This document shows positions 25,370 through 38,570 of a DNA stretch of 64,000 bases, one piece after another. The first letter of the stretch is position 1. Every line of letters starts with the position of its first letter. The stretch is from Ginglymostoma cirratum (taxonomy: Eukaryota): assembly GCA_024137785.1 (NCBI GenBank), contig JAHRHZ010000144.1, positions 43,095,514 through 43,159,513 of the forward strand, written 5' to 3'. Both the position numbers and the translations under genes were made by a program. The notes below the pieces were generated by a model. That model did no database searches. It had not been told where the DNA came from and saw only the letters and a program-made list of their open reading frames with translations.

Positions 25370-26065
25370 GTAATGGCTGCCCATTGTCTTTGGTGAACAT
25401 GGCTGTTGTGCTCAACTTTTATACTTTTTGATTCCCAAGATCCTCTGGACACATCTCTGGGATCTTCCAATCAGCAGACCATTGCTGCATCAAATTGGTG
25501 ACGACTGATGAGGACCAGAGAGCAGGGAAATACCAGGTATCTCACCATTCAGGCCAGTCAATCCAAGGGCAATAAGATTTGGGGTCATTGCTGGATTTCT
25601 TTTGGTGCAAGAGGTAATTGACTATGTGGATATGATCACCAAGGCTCCTGCAGAGAGCCAAATGCCTTCATGAACAGGAAGGGATTCCGTTGGTTAATTG
25701 TACAAATAGTCTGTGACCATTGCCAAATGATCCTGCAGAATTGTGCATGTTTCCTGGTAGTTGTTCACACTTGTACATCCTAAGACTGTACCAGGTGCCT
25801 TAGCTGTTCAGACAATGGCTTTTGTAGGTGGACACCAGGCACTAAAGATGTATCTGCTTATATTTGTGGAAAACCTCAACACAGCGGGTAAAGGGCAACT
25901 ACAGCCACTGCTATTTTAATGCGATTTTGACCATCGAACAAGTCATTGCGTCTGAAAATGATGTTCAGACGCCTGGATAGATCTAGCGGACCCCTGCATT
26001 GGATCCCATCAAAGGTCTCATGCATGTGGTGGTATTCTACTCTCTGTGAAACCTGACATCACCAA
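25370..26065 (+). mobile_element. PIF/Harbinger (HARBI1-like) DDE transposase remnant
   Basis: Broken translation AVVLNFY..SSGHISGIFQSADHCCIKLVT / FGVIAGFLLVQEVIDYVDMITKAP / NAFMNRKGFRWLIVQIVCDH / FPGSCSH / TIEQVI..KMMFRRLDRSSGPL is colinear with Harbinger transposases (GAIDCTH, NRKG.HS.NVQ.VCD, PGS.HD, IE...G.LK.RFR.LD). Confidence 0.85.
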
Positions 26066-26123
26066 AATAGTTCCACTAGGGATAAATGGATGTATTGAGC
26101 ATGCCACCTTCTCCTCCTCTGGT

Positions 26124-26207
26124 GAGCATCTGGGGTGAGAAATCAGAGTTGATGTTTCGGTCCAGTGACCCTTCTTCAGAGAGTTTCCAGCAATTTCTAC
26201 TTTTGTA
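26124..26207. mobile_element. Short head-to-head PLE pseudo-LTR fragments (family P2)
   Basis: GAGCATCTG...TCAGAGTTGATGTTTCGGTCCAGTGACCCTTCTTCAGA (minus strand) abuts GAGTTTCCAGCAATTTCTACTTTTGT (plus strand). Confidence 0.6.
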
Positions 26208-26484
26208 TTAATTGGCTGTAGATGGGAAAATTGCCAGTGCAGCTGAAGTTAACCTCTGTGTTGGAACTTCCCCTCGACTGGAAAAGTCCAGCCCTTTATC
26301 TCTTGAAAAGAACTACAGCATTCAACTTTGCTAGTTTGCACCACATTGACAAATATTGTTGCTGATTTCACAGAATTCAACTGACAGACTTAATCATAAA
26401 ACTACCAAATCCTATTCAGCAGCATTCACTATATTCTTTGAGATTTCAGGATGAAATCCTTTTTTATTTATTCATCAATGTGCA

Positions 26485-26630
26485 TTTTTAACAACAACTT
26501 ACAATTTGTCCTCTAACAAAGTAAAATTCCCAGACCGCATCATAGAAATGTCGCCAAATTTGGCATGAAGTCGCAAAAACTTGTGTAAGGAAGTTAGTTT
26601 TAAGGAGTGTCTGAAAGGAGGAACAGGAAA
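26485..26630 (-). mobile_element. L2-type LINE 3' end fragment
   Basis: AACAACAACTTACA...GTAAAATTCCCAGACCGC...GTTTTAAGGAGTGTCTGAAAGGAGGA resembles a reversed L2 3' terminus. Confidence 0.5.
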
Positions 26631-27299
26631 TAGGCACACAGTACTTAATGTGTATGTTAGATCTTCAAGCTTCACTTTGCATTAAGTGTGAAACTATTTT
26701 GAGGACTACGTTGGATAGCCATGAATAACCTGCAGCCAAGTTAGGGGAAAGTGTTACTGAAACAACCAGCCCCTTAGAAGGTGTGGTCACTGGAGGTGTG
26801 CTGAAGAGGACTTACGAGCACTTTGATGGGGTGATTTACAAAAATGTGCTGATGGTATGCACAATGAAATGCTTGGTGCATTGGCACCAAAGCCTGTGAT
26901 CACTGTCTAGGATCATGGAGAAATCTGGCACTAACCTGGCACAATGTTACAGATTTCCTTCTCTCTATTACTATACATCATGATATTCTCTTGGCAGTAG
27001 TACTGAAATAGAATCTAACACAGAACAACAATTCGAAGGTAACTTCATAAATCAAACCATCCATGACTCCATAAGACAATGAAGTAATCACCTTGGTGCC
27101 TGTCTTCTGTCTGCTTTTTCCTGTCCTAGTGTTCCTGTAAAGGGGGTGAAGCATGGCTTGTAGAAATCTGATGTATTTAGTTAGGGTGACTGTAAATGGA
27201 CTTTCAAGATGATTTTGAGCAGTTTTGGCCCTTGATGGCCTGGTTGCAGACTTCACCACCTCAGCATGTGTAGCAGATTTAGGCTAGTAAGATCAAAAG

Positions 27300-27790
27300 C
27301 ATCAGAGGAGCTGCAGTGTTGTGCTGAGATACCAGTGGCTGCATTGTTCCTTTGCCATCATTGCGGGGTGGGGGGAGGTGAGGTTTCACGCAAGGGTCAA
27401 TAGTCACCTTTTCCAGGTACCATTTGTTTGCCAACCATCATCCTCAGAGGTTGTCTGATGGGATGAAGCAGTGTCTGTAGCTGCTTTAGAATTAAACAAT
27501 AATGACAGCTGTTGGAAAACCTTGTGAACACTTGAAGAAACCTCTTTCAATTGTGGCACACCAGCCACACATTTAATGAGTGGAACCCCTTTCTTGACCA
27601 GCATATTTGTATCCATGTGCATTGCTCCTGGGGCTGCTCTTGCCCACTCACCCACCCAACTCTTGAAAAGGGACTCCTGCTTTCAGATACAGTCTCAGTT
27701 GCTGGGATGTCATCTGTCATATTTTTCTTGCACTTGATGAAGGAGCTGTTTTCCAATCCCCACCCCATCAGTCGGCACTCTCAATCTTAC
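27300..27790 (-). mobile_element. Second PIF/Harbinger transposase remnant
   Basis: Minus translation SRKGFHSLNVWLVCHN*KRFLQVFTRFSNSCH..IL.Q, then R*LLT, matching 'NRKGFHSLNVQLVCDH..RFLQV.ARFPGSCHD..IL.QS...RWLLTP'. Confidence 0.75.
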
Positions 27791-29009
27791 ATCCCAGCTT
27801 AGATCGTAACAAATTAATGGTTATGCATGAGATCCTGGTTGTTGATTCTTCATTTCATACAGTTATTAATGTATTTCTCTTCAGTCAAGTGTATTCTGCT
27901 GTGCTGGAACTGTATCTGTTTGAATCTGAATGAACTTCTTGATTTTACCTGCATCCTGTTGTTAGCCATAAGTTCCATGATCTCACTTTTCCTGTTGCCA
28001 CAACTGATCTTAGACATGTGTGTTACCATTTTATTAATGGATTATTTGTTTGTGGAATGTTACAGGTGACCAGAAACTCAGGGTCACATATACAGACAGA
28101 ACAGAGATGTTCCATGGAATAATCACACATCTGATCTTAAACACTCCAGCGTATCTTTTCTGCATTTCGATTGTGCTAATGCCAAATGTGTAGGGTAATT
28201 GTATCCTAATAAAACAAAACATTTCAATGATTCTATTGGCCAGTCAGATTCTATTTTAGATCATAATTGTCAAAGTATATTTTCCCCAGTATTTTCTGGT
28301 TTTCTTTTGTCAGAACTGTTTTTCTTTTGTAACTTGAGTTTTTCCTTCTTTTTGAAAAATGAATCAATTCAAATATTATGGAGACATTATTGCCCAAGAG
28401 GAACCTACTCAAATAAATGCAAGACCAATTTTAGCACATCTGGTCTGCATTTCCAGGCAATTAGTTGCAAACATTAGGTCTGATACTACAGATGGATTAT
28501 ATGTATTTCCCCAAATAGATGCATATTAAGATGATGTGCAATGATCATTGATAAGCAAAGACATTTAGAGTAAGTGCTTTTCATACAATAACAGGTTTAA
28601 TTGAATAGCCTTGATATCTATTTTTCTATGTGTTCCATAAGAATCTTATTTTGGTACTTAGGAAGTTACATTTCTCTATTGAATTATATTCAGTTTTTAA
28701 TTTTTTTTGCATTTTTTTCCAAATCCATGTTGAAATAATTTGAGAAACAATGTCCTGTATTTATATTTCACAGCTATTGCACCCCCACTCCTCCTTTGAG
28801 TTTGTATTCAAACTGATCACTTTGTTAAAGCAAGAAGGGTTTAATAGACAGTCTAGCAGAATTGTTTCTTGATGGAATGCATTTGTACTATGAATTGGTA
28901 GGATGCGGTTTTGTGCCTGTTAATATTCATGACTTCGCAAATTTTAAGAAGCAGCATGGAATCGGAAAGATTGACATTTGTTCACATTCTCGTCATTAGT
29001 GTAGCTGTT

Positions 29010-29503
29010 GTGTCTAAGGAAGGATGTGCTGACTTTGGAGAGAGTCTAGAAGAGGTTCATGGAATGATTCTATGAATGAAGGGCTTGTCATATAAGGAGC
29101 AGTTGAGTCTGTACTTGATGGAGTTTAGAAGGATGAGGGGAGATCTCATTGAAACTTATGGAATGCTGAGAGGCCTGGATAGAGTAGACCTGGAGAAGGT
29201 GTTTTTACTAGTAGGAGAGACTAGGACCCAAGGACACAGCTTCAGAGTGAAGGTATGACACTTTAAAACTGAGAAGAGGAGGACTTTTTTCAGCCAGAAG
29301 GTGGTGAATCTGTGGAACTCACTGCCGAGTCATTGACTGTCTTTAAGACAGAGGTAGATAGGTTCTTGATCAGTAAGGGGATCAAAGGTTACAGGGAGAA
29401 GGCAAGAAAAAGAGGTTGAGAAACATAACAGCCAGGATTGAATGGCAGAGCAGACCCAACGGACCAAATGGCCTCATTCTGCTCCTATATTGTATGGTCT
29501 TAC
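29010..29503 (+). mobile_element. CR1 LINE (family A) 3' fragment
   Basis: MKGLSYKEQL..EFRRMRGDLIETY..TRTQGH plus the CR1 3' UTR. Confidence 0.9.
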
Positions 29504-30399
29504 AATTTTTCACCTGTCCTATTGTTCCACAAATGATTAACAAAATGAATCCTAGACACGTTTGTCTAATTGTATAGACGTAATGTCTATTTGCAGATTA
29601 TTTTGCAATGGAATTGAAGCAAGAAGAAAAGGATATCTAAGGGATACAGAGGACATAGTACAATCTGCAGTTTGCACTCCTCCTAACTCAAATAATGAGG
29701 TCAACTGCAACCAAACTATCTGTATATGAATAATGTCAACCTCACCAGCAGGGCTAAAGTTTAGGTTTGCATGAGATAGATGAAAAGCCACCAAGCCATT
29801 TATCATGTAATGTTAGTGATGGTGACTACCAGCAAACTCTTGGTTTTGGTGCCTTCAGGTTTTGGGCAACTACTTTTCATTTTCTCTACTAAAAAGGAAT
29901 AACAGACTACAAGATGTAGAGAAAACCAAATGAGTTTTTACTAAATTATATAGTGGTGTATTTGTTTCTCTTACGGTGTGAACAATATTATGTTTGTTGC
30001 ATTTACTGTTGTGTGCTTGCTTACATTACAAACTTACTATCTGCTAGGAAGGCCATGCATCTGCAATGAACCCTCGTGGATCTTATCAGTGCTGATTTTT
30101 CCTTTAATGAAATGCTATTAGTTTTAAAAATGCAAGGATGGCTAAAAATGACAGAGAACTGTTGCTGTCACCAGAACCAACTGACTCCTTTTGTATTACC
30201 CCAAGTAACATTGCTGATAGAATCTTTTCACTCTCTGCATCAATATGTCAGAAACTCAAAAAACAGCAGACTTGTGAGTTTCCTGAACTTCTCCATTATA
30301 GTGGCCTGTACCTGTCGTGTCAGTCAAAATTGCATCTTGAATTTTTGTTACGTACGTTAAGCACTCAAGTTGATTTAATGGCTGCTTTTATTTCAGAAT

Positions 30400-31128
30400 A
30401 ACTTTGGAATATTTGGAAATGGAGAAAGACTGCAGAAAGCTACAGAATAATGTGTTTTGCAGTTCTCATACATGAATCACAAAGTTAACATCCAAGTTCA
30501 CTGGGTAATAAAGAGGTCAAATGGAACCTTGGACATAACTTTCAAGCAATGGTGTATAAAAATGGGTAGGTTTTTCAAAAACTTAACAAGGCACTAGTCA
30601 GATCACAACTGGAATACTGAACAGTTTTGGGCCCCTTATTTAGGAAAAGATGCACTGGCGTTGGAGGCAATCCAGCTGATCCTGGGCATGCAGGGACTAC
30701 CTTATGAGGAGAGCTGGAGTAGGTTGGGCCTGTTCTCAGTAGAGTGGAGAAGAATGAGAGACAACCTTAATGATATATACAAGATTCTCGGGGCTCTTCA
30801 TAGGGTAGATGCAGAAAAGTTGCTTTGCTTTGTTGGACAGTCAAGGACCAGAGGGCATAATCTCAGAATAAGGGTTTGCACATTTAAAACAGCTTCTCTG
30901 AGGGGAGTGAATCTGTGTAATTATTTTACCATAGAGGGCTGTTGAGGTTGGATCATTATGTATATTCAAGGCTGAGACATATTTTTAATCAGTAAGGGAA
31001 CCAAAAGTTATAGGTAAAAAAAGCAGGAAAGTGAAGTTGAGGATTGTTAGATCAGTCATAATCTCAGTGAATGACTTAACAGTCTCAGTGGGCTGAATGG
31101 CCTACACCTGTTCCTGTGTCTTATGGCC
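30400..31128 (+). mobile_element. CR1 LINE (family A) 3' fragment, decayed
   Basis: MQGLPYEESWSRLGLFSVEWRRMRDNL..SRTRGHNL plus the 3' UTR. Confidence 0.88.
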
Positions 31129-32956
31129 ACCTTCTCTTTGAATATAAGAGACCTTAGTTGGTGGAGAAAGGGCCTGTGGTCCTACAGTGCTATTGCTATT
31201 AACTGGTGCTCCTATCTAGTGTTCAATTGAGAATTTGCAAGTATGATGTCTACCATTTTAGACCTTGTTTCTCTAAAATAGTAATAGGAGGTGGAATCAG
31301 GGAGGTGAGTATTGAGTTAACGGACTGTCAGAAGGTAAGAGGAGGGTTTGGAGTCAGTAGGGTCAGTAATGAGTTGGGGATTCGGTTTAATAGTCACACT
31401 GGAGTTAGATTAGGTTTTCACCTTCTAACTTTTCCTACGTAACTATTAAGCTCATGTGAGTAGGACATCTGTGAGATCTCTGACTCTCAGAGTTGTGGAC
31501 ATTTTTGGATGGTTCCAGATGTCAGGTACTATTTCCTTCCAGGAAATATCACCTTCCCAGGCAAATACCACAGTTTGTTTTATTGGGATTACTACAACCT
31601 GAACTCCAAACTGTGCTGTTACAGTAATGATCTCCTTGTTGGAATTTCTGGCCCAATATTTTTATTACAACGTCTTATAATGTAGGCACTTATCCAGCGA
31701 TGCTACTTTTCAGTAGTGTTTTTTCCCAAATGGTAGCCTTTTAACTTGGCTTTTATAATTTTACAATTAAGTCTTCTGCTCAATTAACATGATAATGATC
31801 TGGATGGTATTCACTGATGCTTGCCGTTTCTACAGTTGGGGTCCATCCCTACTGAAATTGTTTTTCTGATGGTCTAATCAGGGCCCATAAAAACTTTTAG
31901 CCATTGATCACTAACATAAGGTTTTGTTTGTTGTGCCAAACTCCATTTTGCCAGATGCTTTATATCTGTTAATTGGTAGCTCATTATCTACTTGATTAAA
32001 GCATTAAAGGGTTATTAATGCATGTGCAATGTAATTAATTATTATATTTTGTTACCACTAATAAGAATGCAATCCTTTTCAAAAAAGGGATTCCCATGAC
32101 TTTGAGAGATCACTGATCTCAAGGAAGAAAACAGGCATTTTATACTGACAGTGAGTTCCTGCTATCAGCAATGTTGTAAAAGAAGGATACAATGTTTCCC
32201 ACATGAAGGAAGAGAATACAGCAGGAAAACACTATGCTACTCTTGCACATGTGTTTGAATTCTCTTGGAAGTTGCATTTCTTAACAATTTGCTCAGGGCA
32301 CCATTGGCACAAACCTAGAAACAGATTGCCTAGCTCCCTTGCCCAGAGGTGTACAAAAAGGACTGAGTAGAAAATGTCAAACTGTTTCATGCTGTCAAAT
32401 ATAAAATCCTGCATATGTTATAATTAATAAATGCCATGGTGATGTATCATGCTCATGACAGCAACTTCCTTTGTGCATTTTTAACCAAAAAACAACTGCA
32501 TTCATGTGTTACCTAGAAAGGCTAGCATCAATCAATTCAGTGTAAACTTTAGTGAAGGGGAGAAGAAAATAGCAAAGTAAAAGGCATTTTTAAAATTTAA
32601 CAGTGGTTTATCCTGTGTTTTAAGCTAATACTGCTACGTGCACCGTAAAATATCAATCTGGATTATCTCAGCCTGAGGATGTTTGCACATATACTGTCCT
32701 TGGTATTGTTTGCTCCTCATCACTAGTAAAGCTCTCCAACTCCTTATGTACTGTAACATTCCTTTATTTACATCTGTACATAGATTATCAAATACAGTTC
32801 TTTGGTGTGGTGTCTAAGACCTGTCTCTTAACATGCTTATTCTGGACTGATATCTTCTCTCTTATTGATATCAGAGCTGTGTCATCAGTTGCATCATTGT
32901 GATATGCATCAATCTGATTATACCACATTTCCCCTCAGGTTACTCTGTGTGATATG

Positions 32957-33663
32957 CATTCACGATGAATGGTAAGATCTTAAGGAGTGTAGTGGAACAG
33001 AGGGACATTGGAGTTCAGGTGCACGGTTCTCTCAAAGTGGAGTCAAGGTAGACAGGGCAATGAAGGCGGCTTTTGGCACACTCGCCTTCATCAGTCAGAG
33101 CACTGAGTATAGAAGTTGGGAAGTTATGTTGCAGTTGTACAGGATGTTGGTGAGGCCGCACATGGAGTATTGTGTTCAGATTTGGTCACCTTGCTATAGG
33201 AAGGATGTTATTAAACTGGAAAGAATGCAGAAGAAATCTATAAGGACGTTGCCAGGACTGAAGGGACTGAGTTATAGGGAGAGGTTGGACAAGCTAGGAC
33301 ATTCTTCTTTTGAGCATAATGCAGTCAGTCTTTTACCCAGGGTTGGGGAATTGAGGACCAGAGCGCATCAGTTTAAGGTAAGAGGGGAAAGAACATATGG
33401 GAAGCTGAGGGGCAACTTTTTTTTACACAGAGGATGGTATGCATATGGAATGAGCTGCCAGCAGAAATGGTTTAGGTGGATATATTAACAAAATTTAAAA
33501 GGCATTTGGATGAATACATGGATAGGAAAGGATTAGAAGGTTATGGGCCAAGTGCAGGGAAGTGGTCTTAGTGTGGATGGACATTTTGGTTGGCATGGAC
33601 CAATTTGGGCCAAAGGCCTGTCTCCGTGCTGTAGGACTCAATGATTCTATGACTGTACGACTC
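32957..33663 (+). mobile_element. CR1 LINE (family A) 3' fragment
   Basis: AFGTLAFISQSTEYRSWEVMLQLYRMLVRPHMEYCVQIWSP; tail GACTCAATGATTCTATGACT. Confidence 0.92.
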
Positions 33664-34199
33664 TCTTTCTGTGACTCTCTATTATTCCGGTCATTTACTT
33701 TTATTTACTTACTTGGACTTTATAATCATTAATGTCATTATTAACAACAAGTTGCTCGTCTCTGAGAGACAACATTGACAAAGATACAGGAGAGACTCTT
33801 AGAGCTCTATAAAACTCAATTGATTTATTAAGTACTTAAATGAATAACACATACTTTTAACTATTAGAGATATCTCAATCACTGTCTTTCCCTACCATGG
33901 GTTCTGTAAGTAATCCCAAATGTTATCAGCTAGGAGAGTTGGCAGTTGGCCAGGCTGGAACTCTTCTCAATGTCTTCATAATGCCTCCTGACATAGGTTA
34001 CCCTCTGCAGATTTATTCTTCAAAGTCTTGCTGAAAAGATAGGATTTTCTGGACTAATTTGTACACAGGTCTCTGTGCCAAGTGTGTGCCTTATTTTGAA
34101 TTATCCATGCGTGTGACCAATCCCAAATATTTTGTCCTTATTTGGTAGAGACAGCAGTTACCCCTACTTTCCTGCAATCTAAGCTTTTAGCAGGCCTGA

Positions 34200-36960
34200 A
34201 TGACTCAGCTTAATTCCACTGACATAACAGCCCATTGTAAAGTCACTTATCAGTTCCTGTTACCTTCAGTCTTATCCAACAAACAACACTATCTCCATTA
34301 TTGCTATCAACACTGTTATCACTATAGCCTCTCCTTTCATTGACCAACCATTCCTCCGGCCACCAACAACCACCACCCATCCCAAAAGTTTGAATTGGTT
34401 TGTTTGAGTTCAATACTAGCGAGATGGTGTTGCACTCGAATAGTTGTACCAGTCTGTAGGCCGTCTGATGTAGTATATGCATGACTGTTCCATAGCTTGG
34501 GATAATCATACCCAGTCTCACTTGTTGGCTCAAGTAAGATCAATGCCTTCGTATTCCTCTTGAATGTCCCTTCAGGGATTCTGGTTGATCTGTTTCTCTG
34601 ATGACTGTAGCTTCTGACTTTCTGCCCTGGCTTTAAGGTTGGCAAGAGTTTTCACTCTGTGTCCAAAGTTGTATCACTGCTGCTGCTTTTTGCTGTGGCT
34701 TTTTTCTAGTTGTTTTACTTTCTCATGGTCTTTAGAGGTAACGTTTGGCTTGAGGTTGTGTTCTAAAACTGGAACATTTTGTTTTTTACCTCCTCCCCAT
34801 TATATTCACCTATCAAGTACTCATTGTGAATAGAGTTACTCTGTAACTGAGTAGACCTAATTACCAGTCTGTATTTTTATGCATTAGTGACTTCATAGTC
34901 TTTGCTGCTCTTTACACATCTCTATTAGAGGGAGGATTGAATGGGGAACCTGTCACCTGAGTGATGTTTGCCTCCAAAGTGGGTTTCCTGAAATCCCTGT
35001 TCTTGAGTTGAGGTCCATTTTCTGATACTAATTCTTTCAGGAAACTCTGCATTGCAAAGTTCCTTTACAGTGCTCTGATCACTGAGTTTGCAGTCATTGA
35101 ATGAAGTCTTGCCACTACTAGTTGACTACGACTAAGTATATCTTCATAGTAAATCAAACACATTCATTGTTAGCCTTTCTTGCGGCCTTTCTGGAAATCT
35201 TGCCGTGGCAGTGGCTCTGTATGCATTTAGTTGCATGTTTAACACAATAAAGTGAAATCCTGCTTGCCTCTTGAAATGTTTGGCCACTGCACTGATTGTT
35301 GTGCTCTTGTTCTGTACTTCATGATGTCTCAATGTCTTTTGTGAATTTTCTGTTGGATTTCTCTTTGCATCAACTTTGAAATGTTCCACTGTTATAGAGT
35401 CATAGAGTCATACAGCATGGAAACAACCCTTTGGTCCAACTAGTCCATGCCGAACATAATCCCAAACTAAACTAGGCCCACCTGCCTGCTCCTGGCCCTG
35501 TCCCTCCAAACCTTCACGTATCTATTCAAATGTCTTTTAAACATTGTAATCGTACCCGCATCCACCACTTCCTCAGGAAGTTTATTCCACAGGTGAACCA
35601 CCCTCTGTGTGAAAAAAATTGCCTGTCATGGCTTATTTTAAAATCTCTCTCCTCACACCTTAAACATGTCTCCCCTAGTTTTGAAATCCCCCATCCTAGG
35701 AAAAGACAACTACCATTAACTCTGTCTATACCTCTCATTATATTATAAACATCCATCAAGTCGCCTCTCAACCTCCTACACTCCAGTGGAAAAAATCCCA
35801 GCCTATCCAGCCTCTCTTTATAACTCAAACATTCCATACCCGGCAACATCCAGGTAAATCTCTTCTGAACTCTCTCCAGCTTGATAATATCTTTCTTATA
35901 ACTGGGTGACCAGAACTAGATGTAATATTCCAGAAGAGCCCTCGCCAATGTCCTGTACAATCTCAACATGATTTCCCAACTCCTATAGTCAAAGGACTGA
36001 GCAGTGAAGGCAAAGGTGCCAAATGCCTTTTTAATCATCCTGTCTGTATGTGATGTAAACTTCAAAGAGTTAATCACCTGCATCCCTAGAGCCCAAGGTC
36101 CTACCATTAATTGCATAAGCCCTACCCTCGTTTGTTCTACCAAAATGCAATACCTTGCTTGATCCAGATTGAACTCCATCTGCCATTTTCAGTCCATCGA
36201 TCTGTTCGATCAATATCCTTTTGTAATTTTAGAAAGCCCTTTTTGTGAAATATTGCTTTTACTTGCAGTACCTTTTAAGCGCTTGGTTTGCTGGAATGTA
36301 TTTTGATCACCGTTGCACACTGAATTGTCTGACCTTTGTGAACTCCCTGTCAGATGTTTTAAGCTACCCAAATCTGTCTGCATGTTCTCTCAATTGCGGG
36401 TAAATGGTTAGCGATGACCATTGAATCAGAAACTGCTATTTCTACAAGAATAACATTATCTTTCTCATCTCAATCCACATTGATAACATTTCACCCATCA
36501 CTTACCCTTGTCTAGAACATAAACTATTCCTAATTTGTATGTCATAATTCTTCTCCAGCTTTATTTTTCTATAAGCCTGGCAAGGTCTTGACCTGCCTTT
36601 GGAGTCTTCCCCCGTTTAATCAGCTGCATCTTTGAAACTTTTCCGAAATCCTTTTCCTTTTTTGCTGTATTCTTTGGACTCTGTATTAACTTCAAATCCT
36701 GATTCTGGATATTTTTGTCCCTCGCTGCCACCATGAATTGTCTTGTGCGTTAAGTCACTACTGTGACCTGCAGTTTGAGACTCCAGTCTGGAATATGTCA
36801 CCCTATGGGGGTTTGCACATACACGATTCCAGAGATTGTTTGCTCATCTTTAGTAAGTAATGCTATTCGACTCATATAGTTCTTTAGTGAAGTGACTAAG
36901 ACCTCTCTCTTTGCAGTCTCATTCTAGACTGGCGTCTGCTTTATTATCAATGCCAGAATT
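34200..36960 (-). mobile_element. Internally deleted Ty3/Gypsy LTR-retrotransposon remnant (gag, PR trace, integrase), split by a CR1 insertion
   Basis: Minus-strand broken translation gives the integrase Zn finger region QQKIHKRH*DIMKYRTRAQQSVQWPNIS, core FPERPQERLTMNVF..KIYLVVVN and ELVSENGPQL, C-terminal LPTLKPGQKV..IPEGTFKRNTKAL (34500-35390), connector DREFTKVRQF..YIPANQALKRY (about 36250-36360) and gag-like SHFTKELYE / SDLTHKTI (36700-36920). LTRs are not clearly resolved. Confidence 0.7.
35394..36240 (-). mobile_element. CR1 LINE (family A) 3' fragment inserted in the Gypsy remnant
   Basis: Tail (ATAGAGTC)n at 35394-35411; MEFNLDQ.., MLPGMECLSYKERLDRLGFFPLECRRLRGDL. Confidence 0.92.
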
Positions 36961-38459
36961 ATGTCCTTTTAGTTACTTTATTGTGATTAATATGAATGTT
37001 TCTTTACTACGAAAAGAACATGCAGGGCCCCTTCATGATGCAATGGTAATGTTTACCAGTGAATTGTACAAACAAGGAAGATCCTAGATTGGAGTCTAAC
37101 TGATCTCATGTGCAGTGTTAAAGTTTGGAAATCATTCTGAATTCCTGCTCTTGATTTATAATCAGCTAGTATCTGACTTTGCTGTGATATGCTTCATTGT
37201 CAAATATTGGCCCCTTAGGTGATGTATAATTGCCCACACAACTGCACCCAGAGAAAGAGTCAATGACTTCAGGAAGGGGGGGCGGGGAAACAGTATTGCA
37301 AGTATAAACAACCACAATTGATTTTCCTTAAAATGTATCTCATGCCATAACTAAATCAGTACGGTTCAGGGCATCCATGATTTTTCACATGTTTCCAGGA
37401 ATGTCTATTATGGGCAGACATGTTACAATTATCCTTAATTAAATCTAAAACAACAAGCTAGAAAACAATTAAGTTACAATTATTTTGGGATTCAGTCTTT
37501 TAAAGAATTATACTCACCCACCAAATGGTTAAAGAAAGGGAAGGTCTGTTTCTCTTTTAACATGCCAAGACCTGTATACTGAAACAGGTGTTTGATGTTT
37601 AAGCAAATTATTCACATCATTAGTAACAAAGAAGCAGGATTTTATGATCCAATCTGTTCAATTGAGATCTGCTGAAACAAAAATATCTTTTATGCCCTTG
37701 ATAAACTCTTTCCAGGGTATAATATTTGTAATGTTTTATGATGTGAAGAGGAATTAAAATAGGCACATAAAAAATGGAGAGTTGAAGTAATTTTATCTCT
37801 TGTATAAGTTGATTATTCTAATTAGCTTCATATGTTGGACCAATGCTGTCTGTTAAGCGACATTACTGGTCTTGTGCAAAATGGACCCGTTTCATTTTGG
37901 CCAGCTGTGACGTTAGATTCTGATTAGGCAATATACAAATCATTATAATCCACTTAGTAAAATATTGCATTTTTAGAAACTTGCAAATGCTACTACTGTA
38001 GTGATTATTTCAGTTGATTATTATGTCTTAATGTTTCTTGATGGATATAGCAGAACTAAGTTTGTTTCTAAATTGCCATATTAAAATGAGAAATTGTAAG
38101 CTTGTTCCAATGTACAGTATGATGTGCATTTTGCTTCCAGCAGGATATCTATAACTGATGAAGCAATGCTCGTTAGCCCTTGTAACATAGAGCTGGATGT
38201 GGATATCATAGTATTGAAATATCCAACCGGTGTTTATTACAGGTCAATAATATTTACAAATACTATATTCACAGGCAGTCAGTGCCGGGCTGACATTAAG
38301 CTATTCAATTACAACTAATACCATGCTTCCTTTAGCGTATTATGCTTAAAGAGACCCAAATAAAATGGAGTCTTAAATCTTTATACACTCAGGTGATATG
38401 CTTTTATCAAGTGATATGTCATGAGTATTTCTCTTAAATGCATGCTGACAAACTGATTA

Positions 38460-38570
38460 TAATAAAACCAAGAACTTCGGTTGCTGGAATTTTGAAACAT
38501 AAACAACAGTCGCTGGAGAAACTCAGCAAGTCTGGCAACATCTGTGGAGGGAAAAACAGTTAATGCTTCT
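38460..38570 (-). mobile_element. PLE pseudo-LTR fragment (family P2)
   Basis: GCTGGAGAAACTCAGCAAGTCTGGCAACATCTGTGGAG...ACAGTTAATG is shared with 48690-48820 and 61440-61545. Confidence 0.7.

Noticed and set aside
25370-26065. Possible host HARBI1 gene
   Set aside because: Multiple stops and frameshifts and decayed catalytic motifs; it is a transposon fossil.
30138-30273. ATG in strong Kozak context (AGGATGG) opening MAKNDRELLLSPEP...KQQT, followed by GTGAGT: a possible alternative first exon
   Set aside because: It would end in phase 1, incompatible with the phase-2 MYO3B exon. The exonic side of the donor (CTT) is weak and I do not recognise the peptide.
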